From: Alphaproteobacteria bacterium
GTDB lineage: Bacteria; Pseudomonadota; Alphaproteobacteria; Bin95
Length of the DNA: 64,000 nt
Direction of reading: 5' to 3'
Assembly: GCA_964291285.2 (NCBI GenBank)
Contig: OZ219785.1
Location: forward strand, 1,120,001 to 1,184,000
The notes below the pieces were generated by a model. The model was not told the origin of the DNA. It ran no database searches and saw only the letters and a program-made list of their open reading frames with translations. Both the position numbers and the translations under genes were made by a program. Below are positions 58,014 through 64,000 of this stretch, piece by piece. Position 1 is the first letter of the stretch. Each line of letters starts with the position of its first letter.

Positions 58014-59069
58014 GTGTACCATCTGTGGCCGCCCAGCAGGGTGCTTCACCTGCTGCCGCCTGAAAAAGCGCACAATGCAGCGCTTCGGCTCCTCCAATTT
58101 TCCCCTCTCCGCCTGCGGCCTCCGGCGCTGCCCGTGCGCAGCGCGGGCATCGAAGCCGCCAACCCGGTCGGCCTGGCTGCCGGCTTCGACCGGCATGGAG
58201 AGGTCGTCCGGGGTGCGCTCGGTCTCGGGTTCGGCTTCGTCGAGATCGGAGGCGTCACCCCGAAACCGCAGCCGGGCAATCCGCAGCCCCGCCTGTTCCG
58301 GCTTGCCGCTGACCGGGCCGTCATCAACCGCATGGGCTTCTACAGCCACGGCGCGGCCGCCGTCGCCCGGCGGCTGGAACGCTACCGGGACCGGGGCGGC
58401 AGGGGCACGGTCGGCGTCAATCTCGCCATGAACAAGACCAGCGGGGACGCCGCCGGGGATTATGCCGCGGTGGCGCGCGCGGTGGCGGGCCTCGCCGACT
58501 TCGTCACCGTCAACGTGTCGTCTCCCAATACGCCGGGCCTGCGCGCGCTGCAGACGGAAGGCGAGCTTCGCCGCATCGTCGAGCGCGTGCGCAAGGCCGC
58601 GCCGTCGGGCACGGCGCTCTGGGTCAAGCTCTGCCCGGATCTGGACAGGGCGCACCGCATGGCGCTGGGGCAGGCGCTGGCGACGATGCCCGTCGATGGC
58701 GTCGTCGTCTCCAATACGACCGTCTCCAGGCCCGCCGGGCTCCGCTCGCCGGAATGCGGGGAGGAGGGCGGCCTCAGCGGTCCGCCGCTGAAGGCGCTCG
58801 CCACGGAGGCCCTGCGCGATATCCGGGCCGCGACCGACGGCAGGATCGACCTGATCGGGGTCGGCGGCATCGGGAATGCGGAAGATGCGCTGGAGAGGAT
58901 CGAAGCCGGCGCGTCGCTGGTGCAGTTCAACACCGCGCTCATCTACGGCGGCAGCCTGCTGCCATACCGGATCGCGCGCGATCTCGCTCGCAGCCTGGAA
59001 CCCGCCCGCCAAACCAGGCCGGAAGCCGGGGCGCCGGTGCCGGCCTACCCCTCCGTCGCGCCGCAATAG
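58014..59069 (+). CDS. pyrD: Quinone-dependent dihydroorotate dehydrogenase
   Basis: NPVGLAAGFD, QPGNPQPRLFRL, INRMGF, NVSSPNTPGLR, GGLSG. Confidence 0.93.
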   Translation: MYHLWPPSRVLHLLPPEKAHNAALRLLQFSPLRLRPPALPVRSAGIEAANPVGLAAGFDRHGEVVRGALGLGFGFVEIGGVTPKPQPGNPQPRLFRLAADRAVINRMGFYSHGAAAVARRLERYRDRGGRGTVGVNLAMNKTSGDAAGDYAAVARAVAGLADFVTVNVSSPNTPGLRALQTEGELRRIVERVRKAAPSGTALWVKLCPDLDRAHRMALGQALATMPVDGVVVSNTTVSRPAGLRSPECGEEGGLSGPPLKALATEALRDIRAATDGRIDLIGVGGIGNAEDALERIEAGASLVQFNTALIYGGSLLPYRIARDLARSLEPARQTRPEAGAPVPAYPSVAPQ

Positions 59070-59084
59070 CGCCGGACACAGGCC

Positions 59085-59951
59085 GTGAGCGCCACCGGAA
59101 TCGTGCCCGGCCTTGCGCCGCTGGCAGACCGCTACGACGCCTATCTCGTCGACCTCTGGGGCTGCCTGCATGACGGCGTCCAGCCCTTCCCGGCGGCGCT
59201 CGATGCGCTGGAACGGCTGCGCGCCGGCGGCGGCAGGCGGGTCTGCTTCCTCTCCAACGGCCCGCGCCGGATCGCCTCGCTCATCCGCCGCCTCGACGAT
59301 ATGGGCGTACCGCGCGGCCTCTACGATGCGGTCATGTCGTCCGGCGAGTCTGCCTGGGCCGCGCTGAAGCACCGCAGCGACCCCTGGCATGCGCGCCTCG
59401 GCCCGCGCTGCCTGCATATCGGGCCGGAGCGCGACAACGATGTGCGCGAGGGCAACGGCCTCGACATCGTGGACCGGGTCGAGGACGCCGACTTCATCCT
59501 CTGCACCGGCATAGACGGCTGGGACGAGACCGTGGAGGACTACGAGCCGCTGCTGGCGGCGGGCGCGGCGCGCTCCCTCCCGATGGTCTGCGCCAATCCG
59601 GACCTCGTGGTGCATATCGGCGACAGGCTCTCGCTCTGCGCGGGCTCGCTGGCCGTCCGCTATGTCGAGCTCGGCGGCGACGTCGCCTGGCACGGCAAGC
59701 CGGACGGGGCGGTGTTCGCCCGCGCGATGGCTGCTCTCGGCGATCCCGACAAGGGGCGCACGCTGATGATCGGCGACGGGCTCAGGACGGATGTCGCCGG
59801 CGGCAACGCCTTCGGCATCGACACGCTCTTCCTCTCCGGCGGCATCCACGAGGAGGAGGTGGGCGCGTCGCCCGACCCGGCGCGCTTGGAAGCCCGCTCA
59901 GCCGAACTCGGCGTCCGCCCGACCTGGGCGACGGCGGCGCTCCGCTGGTAG
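59085..59951 (+). CDS. HAD-IIA hydrolase (TIGR01459-like)
   Basis: DLWGCLHDG, LSN.PR, CANPD, GKP, IGDGLRTD. Confidence 0.9.
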   Translation: MSATGIVPGLAPLADRYDAYLVDLWGCLHDGVQPFPAALDALERLRAGGGRRVCFLSNGPRRIASLIRRLDDMGVPRGLYDAVMSSGESAWAALKHRSDPWHARLGPRCLHIGPERDNDVREGNGLDIVDRVEDADFILCTGIDGWDETVEDYEPLLAAGAARSLPMVCANPDLVVHIGDRLSLCAGSLAVRYVELGGDVAWHGKPDGAVFARAMAALGDPDKGRTLMIGDGLRTDVAGGNAFGIDTLFLSGGIHEEEVGASPDPARLEARSAELGVRPTWATAALRW

Positions 59952-59963
59952 GAGGATTCCGTC

Positions 59964-60335
59964 CTACTCGTCGGCGCGGAAATTGAGCTCGATCAGGACT
60001 TCGTTCGGGTCGCGGACGAAGATCTGGCGGAGCTTGCCGCCCGGCACCACGCGGGTCTCGTGCTCGTAGCCCTTGTCGCCGAGGAAGGCGGTGTAGCGGT
60101 CGAAGCCTTCCGCCGCGAAGGCCACATGGTCGATGCAGCCCGAGCCGGACTTCTCCTGCTCGTCCACGCCGATCAGGTGGATGACCGCCTCCGGGCCGCA
60201 ATAGAGCCACGCGCCGGGGAAATCGAAATTCGGCCGGTCGCCATTCTCGAAGCCCAGAATGTCCTCGTAGAAGGCGACCGTCTCGTCGAGCTTGTCCGTC
60301 ATGATGTTGACGTGCTGGAGCATGGTGAGCGTCAT
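59964..60335 (-). CDS. VOC/glyoxalase family protein
   Basis: HVNI, FYEDILG, RPNFDFPGAWL, DHVAF, QIFVRDPN..IELN. Confidence 0.9.
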   Translation of the reverse strand: MTLTMLQHVNIMTDKLDETVAFYEDILGFENGDRPNFDFPGAWLYCGPEAVIHLIGVDEQEKSGSGCIDHVAFAAEGFDRYTAFLGDKGYEHETRVVPGGKLRQIFVRDPNEVLIELNFRADE

Positions 60336-60349
60336 GGATGCTGCCTCCT

Positions 60350-61864
60350 TCAGGCTTGGCTCGGCAGGTTTGAGGGGATGTCGGGGTCGAGAGGATAGAT
60401 CGGGCGGCGCAGCTTCTTCCAGGGGAACAGGCTGTAGTCCGACGTCGTCGTTCCCGGTCCGGCAAGCATCACGATCTCGCGCGCCATCGGCTCGAACCCG
60501 GCGCGGAAATGCTGGCGCGACTTGATGAGCACATAGCGCTTGGCGGCCGGGTCGATGCCGCAATGGGTGAAGCAGCCGGTATCGAACGGCTCGTAGCGGT
60601 CTTCGGAGACGACGATCTCGGCCGCGCCCGTGTCCAGCACGACGGTGCGCCCGAGGGAGAGGCGCACGCCGGTGAACATCGGCCCGGTGACGGTGAACTC
60701 GCCGTCGGTGATCCGGCGCACCCGGCCGCGAAGGCGGAGCGGCTCGCCCTTTAGCTCCATGGCCGGCATGTCGGTCTTGCCGCCGATCTCGACCTCGACC
60801 TCGGCCCCGACGCCGGCGGCGATCAGCTCCGCCACCGCCTCCGGGTCCGCGAAGGGTCCCGCGACCATGTCCGTCAGGCCCTGCCGCAGGCATTCCCGGA
60901 GGGCGGCCATCACATCCTGGTTGCCGCCGGACCCGGTATTGTCGCCGTGATCGACCAGCAGCACGGGGCCGTCTCCATCGGACATGGCGGCGGCGCGCGC
61001 GATCGAGTCCGGCATGTCCTCGATCTCGAACAGGAAATCGGCGCGCTTCTCCCAGGCCTCGCCCATCAGGTCGAGCACCAGGCGTTCCGCCCTGTCCGCC
61101 GGCCCCTGCACCACGGCGGAGATGCCCACATGTTCGATATCGGCGAGCGGGAAGCACCCGAACACCGAGGCCAGCAGCACTTCGCCCCCGTCTTCGGCGG
61201 CGCTGGCGCGGTCCATGATCGCCTGCATGGGCGGGCGCGAGGGCGAATGCACGTTCATGTGCGGCAGCAGCGGCAGGGAATGCCAGGCGGTCGCCGCAGC
61301 CGCGCCGTTCATGGCCTTGAGCAGCGCCTCGCCGGCCCGCATGCCGGTCTCGTGCATGTCGATATGCGGATAGGTGCGGTAGCCGGCGAGCACCGTCGGC
61401 AGCAGCGCAAGGTCGCGCGTCAGGTTGGTGTGGAAGTCGAGCGCGACCGCAACCGGCAGGTCCGGCGCCTCGGCCCGGATGCGGCGCAGCAGTTCGCCCT
61501 CGCCGTCGTCGAAGCCCTCCGTCACCATCGCGCCGTGCAGGTCGAGGAAGAGCGCGTCGCAGCCCTCCCGGACCGCTTCCAGCACGGCGTCGGCGACGAG
61601 GTCGAGAATGTCGTCCGGCGCCGGGGCGCTCGGGTGCGCGTTCGCGGCAACCGGCACGGCGAGCGCCGCGCCCTCGCGCTCGGCAATGTCGATATAGGCG
61701 GCGAGCGGGTTGTTGGTGCCCCGATAGACGCGCACCGCCTCCCCGCCCCGCGCCGGCCCGTCGGTCGATCCCACCCGCCCGAAGGCTGCGACGGGCGTGG
61801 GAACCGGCGAGAAGCTGTTGGTCTCATGGCGCATCAGCGCCGCGACGAAGCGTTTGCGGCTCAT
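60350..61864 (-). CDS. MlrC-like M81 family metallopeptidase
   Basis: HETNSFS, LDLHGAM, LDFHTN, YRTYPHID, DNTGSGG, KSRQHFRA.F. Confidence 0.9.
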   Translation of the reverse strand: MSRKRFVAALMRHETNSFSPVPTPVAAFGRVGSTDGPARGGEAVRVYRGTNNPLAAYIDIAEREGAALAVPVAANAHPSAPAPDDILDLVADAVLEAVREGCDALFLDLHGAMVTEGFDDGEGELLRRIRAEAPDLPVAVALDFHTNLTRDLALLPTVLAGYRTYPHIDMHETGMRAGEALLKAMNGAAAATAWHSLPLLPHMNVHSPSRPPMQAIMDRASAAEDGGEVLLASVFGCFPLADIEHVGISAVVQGPADRAERLVLDLMGEAWEKRADFLFEIEDMPDSIARAAAMSDGDGPVLLVDHGDNTGSGGNQDVMAALRECLRQGLTDMVAGPFADPEAVAELIAAGVGAEVEVEIGGKTDMPAMELKGEPLRLRGRVRRITDGEFTVTGPMFTGVRLSLGRTVVLDTGAAEIVVSEDRYEPFDTGCFTHCGIDPAAKRYVLIKSRQHFRAGFEPMAREIVMLAGPGTTTSDYSLFPWKKLRRPIYPLDPDIPSNLPSQA

Positions 61865-61938
61865 GGCGCGCCATTCTGTCGGAAGGGGTCAGGCATGGCA
61901 AAGCGGGCGGCGCAGCTCCCGGCTTTCTCCGTCCGCTC

Positions 61939-63988
<2,050 letters not shown>

Positions 63989-64000
63989 GGGCCGGTCTCC

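Overview
High-GC DNA, most likely alphaproteobacterial (inference from gene content). The host backbone covers about 1-12.4 kb and 51.1-64 kb. It carries soxBDAG, allA, recQ, carnitine catabolism genes, pntAA/AB/B, xth, pyrD, an MlrC-like peptidase and leuA with a Leu-rich leader peptide. A 38,747-bp island (12384-51130) splits a PuuE-like polysaccharide deacetylase gene and is flanked by an exact 11-bp direct repeat (TGGAAGGTGTA). Removing the island restores a 271-aa ORF. The island's right end carries two adjacent arm-domain tyrosine recombinases behind a conserved 50-bp end motif. A second, diverged copy of this end-plus-recombinase-pair module lies inverted inside the island, where it truncates a transposase. 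This paired-recombinase element is the best candidate for an undescribed system. Cargo includes two RTX proteins with a T1SS lacking TolC, and a type I RM operon with a leading orphan Phd gene, an embedded MNT-HEPN pair and a single-TRD HsdS. Also present are a Panacea gene, a RusA-like gene, two kinds of small non-autonomous repeats, and a resolvable nest of IS5, IS1634, IS66 and IS21 elements. All family calls come from motif recognition by eye; no database search was run.
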